A stretch of DNA of 64,000 nucleotides from Bugula neritina (taxonomy: Eukaryota > Animalia > Bryozoa). The notes under the pieces are model-generated. The model was given only the letters and a program-made list of their open reading frames with translations, made no database searches and was not told where the DNA came from. Of the stretch, positions 38,365 through 51,300 are shown one piece after another. The number at the start of each line of letters is the position of its first letter. Position 1 is the stretch's first letter. Both the position numbers and the translations under genes were made by a program. The stretch is taken from assembly GCA_964035545.1 (NCBI GenBank), contig OZ037765.1:13650698-13714697 (forward strand). Reading direction: 5' to 3'.

Positions 38365-39010
38365 TCGAAGGCTAAAATTTATGAATGTGCTTACATACAC
38401 TCAAAAACTTTTTACGTTTCTTAAAGAATGACAACTCTGGTTGCTTTAGAATGTACTTTTCATAGCTGCATAGGTTACTTCAGTTAATTACAATTTGCAT
38501 ATTCTTATAATGTTCCATTTGATGTTGAATTGTGTATTGTTTTCTTTCAAATTCCAGATGTGCTTACTGAGTTGTGTATTATTTGCTATATTTGGAAGCT
38601 TTATGAATATTAAATCTAGTTTTCGAGGGTTGTTAAGTAAAGTCCTATGTAAGAATGGTTAGAGTTGTTGTCATGTCTTGTCACAGTTGTTTGGTAGATT
38701 ACATTTTTATATAGGCATTTTCCGTTTAATGGACAGTCTGAAGGTCAACAGTTGCATTGTGTGCCGGTCCGTGTTAGTACTAGTGTTATGTGTAGCTTTC
38801 GGTTTGTGTTGACTTGAGCCATCCATGACATTTTCATATTAGGCATACATGAGTAGCTAATTTTTGTGGTTTGTCTATTGAAAATTTATTCAGCTGATCT
38901 AATGGTGGAAAGCATTTGTGTATGATTTATAAACATTTTTCCCTATGTTGGTTTTCATGATCAAGTTGAAGGGTGTAAAACCCATTTTTAGCTCTGCTAT
39001 TAATTGAATC
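38365..39010 (-). mobile_element. Penelope-like element fragment (RT C-terminus and GIY-YIG endonuclease)
   Basis: KTNIGK, CFPP, KISYSCMPNM, CNC*PSDCPLNGKCLYKNVIYQ, YIG, TQLSKHIWNLKE...IKWNII, NLCSYEK. Confidence 0.85.
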
Positions 39011-40590
39011 ACCAATATGCATTTTAGTTCAAACAATTGTATTATTTGTCGCCATTCCCCCTGCATCATTTAAACTTGGATTAACATCTCCTGTCCTAAA
39101 GTTGATGTCTGGATTGTCAAATTTACGTTGCTTAGCTGTTGGTTGCATCTTGAATTCATTATCACGCTGATATTTGGACCTTACCGGTAGGCAGAATGCT
39201 GGTAGCCCTCTTCACCTGTGGTTAATCCTTTTCAAAAATTCCACTTTTTTCAGCTTCACTTTTAAATGTTAACTTAATGAGTCTAGTTTTACCCTCTTTT
39301 CTGCTCCTAGTCAATAGGCACTTACTGGTTTTCATATCCTTGGAAAACATTATATATTCAGAAATTTCGATAATTGTTCTAGCACTGGTTTATTCAAATT
39401 TTGCTTTCAAGCTAAATAAAATACTATTAATATTCAGGCATCTGAATCTGCATTATTCAAAGATAGCTGCAGCAACTACATAAATATTAAGTTGGCTTAT
39501 GCTGTTGTACTTAGCAACACAAACTATTTAAAATTAAGCTGGTTGAAATTTCAAAATGAAATTCACTCAAATGAGCTACTCTGACACTCAACAACATTGA
39601 ATATTTGTTATTTTGTTAGTTCACCGGTTTTCCTACACCCTGGCAGCTTCTAAAAAATTAAGTTTTTTTACCAGTTTGTTTGTTGATTTACATTGTAATA
39701 CATGCTTTATAGTTATAATATTTTGTAGACGAGTTCTGCCCTGACAAAAAGCTGCAGTGAAGAATTTTTCACTGTCAAGCAAAAACTTCTATTGTTCAAA
39801 GCATTGAAGTTATTAAGCTTAAGCATTACACACCCAAGCTTCAGTCTCTGACTCGAAAATCTTAGTCTTTTGGCTTTTTTTGCTTTGCTTTTTATCCTGT
39901 TTCTTTGGATAATCTGTTTGTTGATAATGATCTTCCATAATAATTGCTTTCACTCAAATACTAAAAATCTTTCAATCCCAAGTCACAATGCAATATCCAA
40001 ACTAGTACAACTACTACACTCTACTGTTATAGGAAATTGCAGAAAGTTCACTAATACCAATCGCTAATTCCTACAATCGCTAGTTTTGATTGGTGCATTT
40101 CATGAACAACTCATGTCCGTTATATTTTTCTAATTCAGTTGTTTCACATTGATTGACAGATGTACAGTTACTGACCAGTGATGTATTTTTTAAAAATTTT
40201 ACGGTTTTCATCATACCACATGCTACAGTGGACAGAATACAGCTTCGCTACGAATTCAAAGGTAGCCTCAATGTGCTGAACATATTCTCCAATGGCGCTG
40301 ACAGCAGGCTCATGTGAATGACGTCTTTGTGGGATGAATTGGTAGATGTAGTACCCAACACATCACTGGTGTTGAGAAAATGAGTACCACATGTCTGTGG
40401 GTAAAACTTACTCACCTTTAGTAGAGCTATATGCCCAAAACTGTTAACACAAGCTTTAATTACCAATAAGTCGATTGGTGATTGAATGCGTGTGTGTACG
40501 AGATTAAGTACGTGAGTAAGTAAGTTGGGATCAAACAATGTTTACATCCTCTTCTCCCCTAGTCTCAGTTGCCCGAGACTGGCTAGAACT

Positions 40591-41238
40591 TTAATGCTGC
40601 GCTTCGGGGTTAGAAGATGTTTCCATCTTCACCTCACCATTCCCAGTTGCCTGAAACTGACCAGAATTGTTGGTCGGTCTCAGACCAAGGTCTGAATCAC
40701 CATGTACACCAGGGGTTGGCGGTTCATTGGCCATTGACACTTTCCGAGGGCGACCAAGGGTCGGCGATTCCTTTACGGCCTTTGACTCCTTCTGGTTACT
40801 ACTAGAACCTTCCGCAACTGTGACTGCATGGTTTGGTATCGTGCTACCCATTTTTCTGGAATGCACATTGGCCACACAGGCCCAGTTTTCTATTGCTACT
40901 TTCATAGCCATTGAACACTGGTATTCCTTTTCCAGGAGACTCTTGCTCACTCAGCTTTTCCAGTTGCCTTGCAAATTTTAGTTGGTGTTCTTGTCTTTCC
41001 GTATTTAACTGCTCTCTCCGCTGTGCATATGCCTCCACATCAAGGAAGTTGCACCCTGTGAAGCCATTCAAAAACTTAGAAACTTTGCTAACAATAGCAT
41101 TTTGAGGCTTTATTGCATCTACGTAGCTTGATGACTTTACTACACTACCGGAGGCAACACTAACATAGTCTAAGTTCTGGTTACCTGAGGTCTTGTTTAC
41201 TTGTGGTGCTGGATCTTGAGAGTCAAAACTATCTACAG
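40591..41238 (-). mobile_element. Possible retroelement gag/ORF1-like relic
   Basis: Overlapping low-complexity ORFs with SSYVDAIK, a coiled-coil-like stretch and KGIPVFNG; truncated by the hAT terminus. Confidence 0.3.
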
Positions 41239-43200
41239 CAGGGCTGTCCAACAGGCGGCCCGGGGGGGCCAGATCCAGCTCTCAAGCTATATTTATGTGG
41301 CCCCCCAAGGTATAGCAAGTTTCAAAAAATGCTCACTCAAATTTGCTATTTAGCCTGTAACAGCCAGCACATAGCATAGTTGACGGCATCCCACTAAGAA
41401 TGTCATAAAATTCTATTAAAATGTAGTTTAAGTTCTTGTACAGTATTGTTCTGTGAGTGGCGTGCGTGTCGCCTACTTGTCATTGTTTAGCCTGAGATTA
41501 AACTACAACCACTAAACAGCAAGCTAGTCATTATAACCTGTTAGCTAGCAAGCCTGTGACTAGTAAGGTGCACGCCAATATTATATTCGCATATCTACGC
41601 GTTCACTGAAGTGTAAAGTGATACACAGTGCTAATTACTCAAGAAAAATACACCATTTTAGTGTATCAAGCCATAATTTATATAAAAATATCTAGAATAG
41701 TTATTGCATTTTATTCAGATATTATGTTTTCCTGCTGAGCTATTTTACCGGCACTAAAAGTCAATTTTCTCGGTAAAATTAGCCAAAAATATGCAGTTCT
41801 TTTCTATAACTTTGAAAAAAAATTCCAATAAGTCGCACTGGGGAAAAATAAGATCCACAACATAGTTTTTAAGTTTGATTCCAGTACAATTAGTCGAGAA
41901 TTTATTTTACTGGTACTGAATTCTTACACAATTACAATGCTAACCTCAGCAAAGCAATTGCCTTTAACTATCCTGTGCAAACACATATTTTAAAGACCTT
42001 TAACAAGGACCAGCCATTATATAAAGACAAGACTTTTTTGAAAGTATAACCTCTAAGATCTCATTTTCAATGAGTTTTTTGTGAAATAAGTAGCTAACCT
42101 GATTTTGAAATCTAATATGCCTACCTCAAAGTAGCTAACCCAGTTTTATTTTAACTGATCAAATAATTTTATTATGTGTTTGTTTTCTAAGTTGTTGTGT
42201 GCCGCCAAGGCAGCAGCTTTACTAATTTAACCAAACAAATATAATATATTTTGTGTGTTTGCTTTGTAAGTTATTGTGTAAGTATTGTCATTTTCCGTTA
42301 CAATTCAGTCTACAACTGCCTTGTGTAAAATACAGTTTTTTCTACAAGTACAAGAATAATAATTTTCAAAGATTGCAATGCGCAAGAAAGTTTATCAGGA
42401 GTGAAGAGTCTTCAGAAATAACTGAAATATTCAGTATTTTATCAAATACTATTTCTGATGTTGCTTAGCTTGCAATTATGTTGATGACAAGTCTAATGTT
42501 ACCGAGGATTTTCTAACAATGTGTAGCCTGCATGGAACCACAACCATAAAGAGTATCTACTACAACTTGCTGAAAGCGCTGACAGATTTTAGCTTGTCTT
42601 TGAAAGAGATGTCTGGTTGGCGTACAGATGGAGCTCCTGCCATGATTGGAAAAGCCAACGAAATAATTGTATCATTGCCCATTGCCTCGTTGGGATATTC
42701 TCCCTATGCCTCTTATGTATCACTGTGTCATAGATCAAGAAAACTTGGCAGCACAGAGTTTAAAGATGAATCATGAATGTGATGCTAGTAGTATCTTCTG
42801 CAATCAACTTTATAAGATCAAGAGCTTTGAATCATCGAAAGTTCAAAATTATGCTGGAAGGGTTGGAATTTTACTTTAAAGATGTCACATACTGTTTCAA
42901 AATCAGGTGGCTTAGTAGTACCAAAACATTGCACAGATTTTACTATTTGCTAAATGAAATATATGTATTTATGCGAAGTAAGGGGCATGAGCATACTGAG
43001 TTTATAGACAAGCATTGGATCTCAAATTTGGCATTTTTGGCTGATATCAGTGAGCACATGTCAAAAGTGAATTTGCAATTGCAGGACAAGCAACTCTTCA
43101 TATCTTCACTTTAGGGGCACATAACTGCTTTTAAAACCAAACTCAAGCTGTGAGAGCAACAAGTACGAGGAAAGAAAGTTATTCCCACTTCAAAACACTG
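41239..43200 (+). mobile_element. hAT (Charlie/SPIN-type) element: left terminus and decayed transposase
   Basis: Terminus CAGGGCTGTCCAAC..GCGGCCCG after target-like ATCTACAG; SLHGTTT, TDGAPAMIGK, YHCVIDQENL, INFIRSRALNHRKF, IRWLS. Confidence 0.85.
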
Positions 43201-43227
43201 CTAGCATGAGGTTATAAATATATATAT

Positions 43228-46200
43228 TGTTGCATGTTATGAATTACCTGTTAGTCCCGTTGAGTCTCATAGATGTATTAAACTAGCAATTGAAATGTAC
43301 CTAAGTATAATGACTGGCCAGTCTATTACTAACACTTAGTCGTGACTGCTCTCTCTATCTTCGCTATGTAACAAGAGAGGGTAACTACCAACAACATAAT
43401 ATAAACTGCAACATCCTTCCCTTCCAGGAAAGCACAAACCAAAAAGATCCAATGGATTACACATAGACACACAAGAAGAAACGAGTAACTATATACAAGG
43501 AAATCTCGATCCTCAGCGAGGATTTAACTAAAAAATAATGACAGGACCGGATATACCTATATAACATCAAAAAACAACTTATTACTATGTACATGGATAT
43601 GGAACAGTTTGCTAGTTCATATCAAATTGAGCATATCTGCTGGGCAGAGTGCCATGAGTAGCCCGCGCACTTCTTCTAGCGGTTGGTTCTGGGTTCCTTG
43701 GAATTGTTGTTGGTTTTCCAACATCCACATAGCCTTCAGTAGCCACATCTGTGGTGGCTTCGAATTGGTCTTCGAGATCTGCATCAAGAACCAGATGGGA
43801 ACTGGATGGAACAGATTTCAGTTGAGTCCTATTCCTTCGAAGTTGGCTACCTCCATAATCAACAATGTAGGATCGAGGTTGGGGTGACCTTGCTAGCACA
43901 GTTGCTTCATTCTATACCTGTTGATCACCTGCTCTGACCAGCACTTTATCGCCTCCCACCAATGGCTTCAAGTCTTTCGCTCTCTTATCATACATCTCCT
44001 TCTGATGCCTTTGCCTCTGTTGGACCGATGGCAATGCCGCGGGTACCTGCGGTTTTAGCATTTGTTCAGGGCCTCTAACACAACGACTAAAAAGCATCTC
44101 TGCTGGGCTAAATGGCAAACCAGCAGTGACTGATAAATATCTGAGTTGGAATCGACCGCCTTCTTCAGAAATTGTTTGACAGTCTGGACATATCTCTCGG
44201 CCATTCCATTCGATTGATGGTAGTGGGAACTAGATGTCGTGATCTTGAAGCTCCATTCCTGAGAAAAACGTCGCATAGCTTCACTGCCAAAAGGCATATT
44301 GTCAGCAATAACTTCAACCGGAATACCATGAACCGCGAAAATAGATCTCAAAGCACCAATGACATGTTTAGCTGTTTTGCCCTTGATGAGTCTTAGTTTT
44401 GGAAAGTGAGAGAAGAAGTCAACAACTAAGTAGTTGTGACCCTGAAACTCCAAAACGTCCATTCCTACCTTGTTCCAAGGAAGTGTTGGGATCTTATGTA
44501 GATGCAATGGCAGTCTTTGCAGGTTGCACACTCAGAAATCAGTCGCCTTATATCTCCATTAATTCCTGGCCAAAAATACTTGGCTTTGCCCTTTCAATAC
44601 ACTTCTCCATACCAAGATGACCCATGTGCAGTCTTTTGAGGTAGGCACTGCGCTCCGACTGAGGAATAACAAGGCGTTCAGCCCTATAGACCAAATCCTC
44701 CTTCACAAACACTTCATCTCGAAAATTCCAAAAGGTTGAAAGGACAAGGGGACTTGTTTCTTAGTTGGCCAATTCCATCCGCCAGTTATCGCGGACTTGA
44801 GACTGTGCATGGTATCATCTTGACCATACGCCCTATTTAGCGTTAGTTTTGCTGAATCCTCCAGCTGTAGGCAGTGTACCATCACTACATCATCCTTTAT
44901 CGCAGGCTCTGTAGTCGGCAGGTATGCCATTAAAAGCGTATCAGCCAAGTATATGATGTTTCCTGGAACATAGCTTATCTCTCTAACCTGGTAACGCTGC
45001 ATCTTAGTCAGCAATTTCTGCAGTCTGGGAGACGGCATTCACGACAATTTCTTTACTATAGACACCAGTGTCTGATGATCAGTCTGAACATCTATGTCCC
45101 TATCATATGTATAGGTATGAAATTTTTCACACCCATACACTATGGCTAGTAATTCCTTGTCGATCTGTGGATAGTTTTGTTCTGCTTCATTCAGAGCTCT
45201 TGATGCATAGGCCACTGGCCTCCCTTCTTGCAAAAGCACGACTCCTAGCCCACCTTTTGAGGCATTGGTCTGTAACACAATGTCCTTAGTCACATCAAAA
45301 AATTGGAGAACAGGTTCACTCATGAGGATTGCTTTGATACGCCTCATCGCTTCATGTTGGTCAGGTGCCCAAATCCATGTTGCATCAAACTTCAATACAT
45401 CTCTTATTGGCTGAATTACCTTTGAGACATTTGGTAAGTAACCTCGAAGAAAGTTCAGTGACCCCATAAGACACTGCATACCTTTTTTTTCAGTAGGATC
45501 TAATCTGGTCAATGGCTTGAACCTTCTCAGGATCAGGTTTGAGTCCTTCTTTCGAAATCATGTACAAAGGTAGCTTACCTCAGATCGATTGTGCTGTATT
45601 TTCTCTTTGTTTTTTTTTGTTTTTTTTTTATTGATTGATTTTATTTCTATCACTAACATGATATATGTTGTGAAAAAAAGGTGTTAAATACCGATGCCCA
45701 CAATATTAAAGATGATAACAGTGTAACATACATGGCTTAAAAATAGGAGTAAAAAGTCTTTGAGACTGGAAGTCACTTAACAAAAATTATTATACAAGTT
45801 TGTTTAGCTTGAGTGCTGCCTGGCGTATAAAAGAATATCTGCCCCATGTGCTTCTGTATTTAATAGTACGATATCGTCCTGATGGGCACTTTTCAAGAAA
45901 GTCATTTAGAAAATGATTGTCATCGTGTATATATTGTAGTAGTAAGGTTTTAGTTATGACATCCATTAGATTGTCGATATCCCCAAGATCTTTGATGCCT
46001 AGTTTGAGTGCCTCTTTAAAAAAGTGTTGGAGTTGCTTTTTATCTTTAGCGTACAGGGAGGTGTAAAGAATGGGTAGACAGTAAGTAAGAAGGGAAATAA
46101 TAAAACTTAAATAGCATACTAGCCAGGGTGGTTGAACTAAGGTAAACAAAATTTCTAACAATATACATTCTTTGACTAGCTTTTGTTGCCACAGAGTTGT

Positions 46201-47500
46201 TGTGCTCTTCAAAACGAAGTTGGTTGTCTATCCGTACTCTTAGATATTTCATATTGTCACTAAGACTGATACTAACATTATTCAAAATCATAGCAGGGGT
46301 GTCTGGCTTAATCCTCTTAGTGGAAAACAACATTTGTTAGGTCTTACTTGGGTTCAACAAAAGGTCTAAGGAATTACATTTATTGGATATTCTATCTACT
46401 TCAGAAAAATAATTACTCAAATCAGACTCATCAGAAATACAACCTATTACACAAGTGTCGTCTGCATATTTTAAAATAGTGACATTACTAGTTTGAGATC
46501 TAATTCCATCAGTGTAAATAGAAAACAAAAGAGGGCTTAACACAGAACCTTGGGGAGTGCCTGTATTGGTGACAATAGGCTGAGACATAGTGCCATCAAC
46601 TAATGTTCTTTGAACTCGACCACTGAGGAAACTGGTTATCCATCCTGTTACATTACAGTCCAGATGTTGTAGCTTAGGTATGAGATGACTAATGTTTATA
46701 GTATTAAAGACCGAAGAGAAATCTAGGAACAGGCATCGTGAATAATTACAAGCTTGTTTGTCAATAAAATTAGTAACAGTCGTAGTGAGGCAGAGCACTG
46801 CATCTTGGGTTGAAGGATGTGAGCAGTAGGCAAACTGAAATTTATCCAAGGGAGTGTGGTTAGAAATGTAGTTCTTCATAAGTCTCTCTAATATTTTCAC
46901 CAGGCAGCTAGTCAGAGCAATAAGACGGTATTGTTTAAGTTGATCCGGATTGTTCACTTTTGGTAGTGGTTTGATTGTTGCAGTCTTCCATATTGAAGGT
47001 GTAGTTTGAGTTTCAATGCAGCGGGAGTATAATTTAGTGATAACATAGGATAAGCCAGTTGCACAGGTTTTAAGAACTTTAGGGATAATTTTGTCAGGTC
47101 CAGCACTTTTTCGAGGGTTGAGCAGCTTCAGACTTTTTAGCACAGTATCCTCATCAATGTCAAATGTAGGAGCAGTTTGAGTTGTAGGGATATCAGCAGT
47201 CTGTGTTGAACCTTACATTGAATTCTCTGTCTCTTTGAAGCACCTTCTTCAGCTTATGGTCATGGTCTTCCTGATTTTTGCCTGCTATTATGAGGTAATC
47301 AAAATAATTATATGCTTACATCTAGATCACCAAAAATTTCCTCGACTCGTTTCTCCAAGACTTCTGTGCTGGAGTTTATGCCAAATGGTAACCGTTTGTA
47401 GCAGTACCTTCCAAAGGGCGTGTTGAATGTGGTTAGTAACTGCGACAGTCGATCAAGTTGGATATGCCAGTAGCCACTTTTTATGTCAACTATCACCTGC
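43228..47500 (-). mobile_element. Ty3/Gypsy pol (RT, RNase H, integrase) with PPT and 3' LTR (43228-43413)
   Basis: GYWHIQLD...TTFNTPFGRYCYKRLPFGI, TNASKGGLG...EQNYPQIDKELLAIVYGCEKF, HYHQSNGMAERYVQTVK. PPT ggaagggaagga precedes an LTR bounded by TGTTGCA...TGCAACA. Confidence 0.9.
45612..47204 (-). mobile_element. 5'-truncated Rex1/Babar-type LINE inserted in the Gypsy RT
   Basis: KSAGPDKI, LDFSSVFNTI, GTPQGSVLSPLLFSIYTD, KYADDT; AATAAA-(TCAA)-polyA tail. The host frame ...FNVRFN | KEKIQ resumes across the insert. Confidence 0.9.
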
Positions 47501-47708
47501 ATAAAAATGTACACATTAGGTAATATTATGATTGTTGTGAAGTGCGATAAACTGTTTACTAGTAGTTTCATATGTGCATGCCACAGTCATGAAATAAAAT
47601 GTATGAATGCTATCAAAGGTACACACTAAAGTTTGCAAATCTGCACAAAAAAATTAAAAATGGTAAACAGGAGTCATTTTGTTTTTAATACTTTATTGAT
47701 CGAAGTAA

Positions 47709-47751
47709 ACTGATATTTCGAGCACCACTGTGTCCATCCATCTTCAGAGTA
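47709..47751 (-). ncRNA. Degenerate minimal hammerhead motif within a Penelope-pLTR-like insert (~47500-48130)
   Basis: Minus strand TACT-CTGAAGA-TGGAT-GGACAC-agtg-GTGCTC-GAAA-TATC-AGT; flanks are homologous to 22600-22730. Confidence 0.55.
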
Positions 47752-48129
47752 TTACAATAAATGAAAGGGATGAAAGTTGTTTCAAGTTAATTAAAAAAAA
47801 GGAAAATACTCTCATTTTTATTTTGCATGAGTAAAAGAATTATAATGTTTTCTCTGCATAGAAATAACTAAAATTTGAGAAAAAAATTTATACATGACAA
47901 AAACAACAAAATTTGTGAAAGTTAGTGGAAATTAATTAGTATAGAATTTATTGGTATGGTTTTAACGGTACCGAGTAATTTTGTATATCAAGTTGAGGTT
48001 TCATTTGTTTGCTGTAGAGAGCTTAGGCTGATTTGCTATGGTGGATTCCTTTAAATGACTGATCTAAAACTATTACAATGTCTATTGATAGTAAAATATA
48101 GCTGGAAGATGACATTGCTAAAAGATTCA

Positions 48130-49689
48130 AAGTTCATGGTACATTATTTAATATAAGTGTTACACAGCCTGAAGTCTGTATGCTAGACCTGTTGTACTCC
48201 AGGAGTCGGACCTTGGATAGTTTTATTTCTACACCCAATTTATTGGCCATCGCTTCAGTTACAGTATTTGTTTCGGCTCCTGTGTCAACTTTAAAAGAAT
48301 TTTTTTCATTGCCCTTCAACTTGACATCCACAAACCACGACTTCTTAGCCTCGACTGCCTATACCATTCCGATAAACAAGGTTGAAAGATTTTTATCCAG
48401 CACTTCTTCTCCAGTCTCAACTCCAACGGCATGAACGAGCTTTTTGGGCATCGTTTTTCAAAGTGATTTAAACCATGATAACTGTTACACTTTTTGCCAT
48501 ATGCCGGACATTTGGCGTAGACATGTTCATACGAACAGAATCTGCATTTTATCTTCTTGTCAGTGGTAAGTCCACCCTTGTGAATGGGTTTGTTGACAAC
48601 AGTGGCAACCTGTCTCATCGCTAAAGAAGACTTATCCCCATCAGCAATCAGACTCAGCTGTGCTTCGGTCATCTCAGTAGCCCAAATATTCTCTACGGCT
48701 TTTTCTAATGTCATCGTGTTGTCACGAAGTAATCTTTCCTTCAGCTTTACAGATGTCAAACCAAAAACGATATGACATAGCAACATCTTTGACTTCACAC
48801 CCTCTGGAAAGTCACACCGCGATGCCTGTGACTTGAGTCGCTTTAAATATACATCTATGGGCTCACTTTCGGTCTGCGACATCGACCAGAACACAAACCA
48901 CTCATAGAGCTCATTTTTTCTCGGGTTACAATATGTATCAAACATATCCAGTACATCAATTAGTACCGTTTTACTTTTCCCAGCTGGGGTCTCCAACTGT
49001 GAAAAAATCTCGTTGGTCTCGTCGCCAGCAATATGCAAACACATTGCTATCTGCCTCCGGGATATGGCTGCATTGCCGGCAGGTTCAGGGTCTGTGGGAC
49101 TCGCTTTGGGAGTTAGAACTACATCAATGGCCATCAAATAATTTTCAAAATTTCTGCGGAACCGTTTCCAGTTCTCCAACACATTGCCCTCAAAACACAT
49201 CCCAGAAGGCTGTCTGAGACCATCCATGACCTTATCAAACAACGGACAAATTCACAAACAACAAAAGAACACCAGCACTGCAACCATCAAAAGAGCTGCA
49301 GGTTCAACATAAAAAAATAAAAACAAAACTTCAGGCAGAACAACAGCAAATATTAAACAAACAATTCAAATCACTGGAATAGTAGGGAAAAGCCGTCAAC
49401 GAATTAATGGCTCACAATCAGTGAATCATATAATCAATCTGCAGTTGAAGCCAGTACGCGCTGCCACCATGTTATATTCTTTCCTTCATATCAAGATCTG
49501 GTGTTGCAGTCAATGACAAAATACGTTAACAGAAGTAGAACAAGAATTTAAAAGTATTACTATGGCTGGCCAGCCGAAACCTAAACTCAACTTGACTAAC
49601 ATTCGAATTTCTAACTTCTGCCCCGCTGGGGGTCATATCCGCTTAGCCCCGGTCCTCTTTTTTTCGACCTCCGGTGTGGCATTGTAACA
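48130..49689 (-). mobile_element. Ty3/Gypsy 5' half: LTR (49470-49689), PBS, gag with zinc knuckle, protease
   Basis: PBS TGGTGGCAGCG after ...TATAACA; gag MDGLRQPSGMCFEGNVLENWKRF, CRFCSYEH..KCPAYGKKC; protease FKVDTGAETN. Confidence 0.88.
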
Positions 49690-49841
49690 CTAAACACAAC
49701 AAGCACAACTTGCCAAATAATTATTTTTTTCTACATGGCTGTGTCTTGGCTAATATTTTCCATTCAACTTTGTAGTTGATGTGACAATCTTTCAATTTTA
49801 AGTATGATTTTTATCAGCTTTTAATCTCATTTTCTGTTAAC

Positions 49842-49846
<5 letters not shown>

Positions 49847-49919
<73 letters not shown>
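49847..49919. repeat. (AT)n microsatellite
   Basis: Perfect AT run of ~73 bp. Confidence 0.98.
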
Positions 49920-49921
<2 letters not shown>

Positions 49922-50539
49922 TAACTGTTGCTTGGTAGATTAAGATTTTTGTGCGTGCAGCATTGACTATTGAGTGGGCAGTTAACCTTGACTCTGCAGT
50001 TGTGCGGTTTATATGTGTTGGTTTAGTTGCTCTTTTAACAGAGATTTATGTGCTTTTTCGAGTAATAGATGTTTAGCATGCAGCTGTACAAGATTTTCAC
50101 TGTTTTGGTGAAAACTTTTATAAAGTTCTTGTTCAGGTGGCAATTCTCTACCTACATCATTGGCTACCTTTAGTCTAAGAGGAGGGGCTATACCATCGTA
50201 CTTACCTTTTTCAATTTACCTTCCTCGTGCTTGATGTAGGCTTTTGAAACTCAAGCTTGTGATTGTATTTACAGAAAATATATTGTCCAATCCCATCCTC
50301 TATTTGTGCAATGGTTGAAGGTATGTTTTGAGGACGGGATGAAGGAGTGAAAGTCCCTAGTTCCTTTCACTGTTCTAGCTGCGTGAAATCTGTTGTTCTG
50401 TATGTGGAAATGTGCTGCAACTTCTTTATTGGCATAAAATAAGGTGATGCTTTGATAGTGTGCAGCACCCCAGTCATGCAGGTTCTTTTGGGGGTGAGGA
50501 TGTGGCCTGAAATTACAACCTGAGAGCTAGCCTTTGAGG

Positions 50540-51300
50540 CTTCTCATTTTACTTTCCCACCTGCTCAATCACAGTTATATTCCCATGACTGGTGACAAAT
50601 AAGTTCTGTTCTGCTTCAAGTCCAGAATCCTCCACATAATTTATCAAATCGCACAAGCTCTTATATTGTCATGCAGCACCATCAAAGAAGTAATACACTT
50701 TCTTGACTATTGGTGAATAATCTTCAGTTGGTCGAGTGCAACATTTTGAAACTTGTAGACTATCATTGTGTCATGTTGTAAACAATTGCTTACCACACAA
50801 ACTTATGTGCTAAGTATCATTGTTTGATTGGTAATATATCACAAAGGGATGGAAAGTTTTCATTGTATTGTTCCAGTGAAATCCTTATGCAGCATTTGGA
50901 GTTATAAAACTTTAACTTCAAGAATAATAGCTTTATCAGGCTTTAGGTTTTCTTATAAATATGTCAAATGTTTGGATTGACTCTTGCCCATATATTGCCT
51001 GGTCAACTTTTCCATTTTTCAACAAGGTCCTCTATGAACTAGGAAGTGATTCAGTGGCTTGAGACTGGTTGATTGCCAATGTTGGCGGTAAACTGATTCT
51101 TTTGTGTCTGGTGTCTCGCATGTTTTCTCAATGGCACTTAATAGACTATTAGCCCTTGTACAATCATTTTCAGTTTAACTTCAGAAGTATTGAAAACTGT
51201 GCAGTAATTAATATCATGATAAGTAGCATTACTGGAGGTTACACATACCAAATATTTGTGATCACATTTATTAAAAATGTGTGTTTAAAAGAATGACTAC
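50540..51300 (-). mobile_element. Sola2-like transposase relic
   Basis: GFHWNNTMKTFHPFVIYY, CLQHDT, VYYFFDGAA*QYK, AEQNLFVTSHG. Confidence 0.7.
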
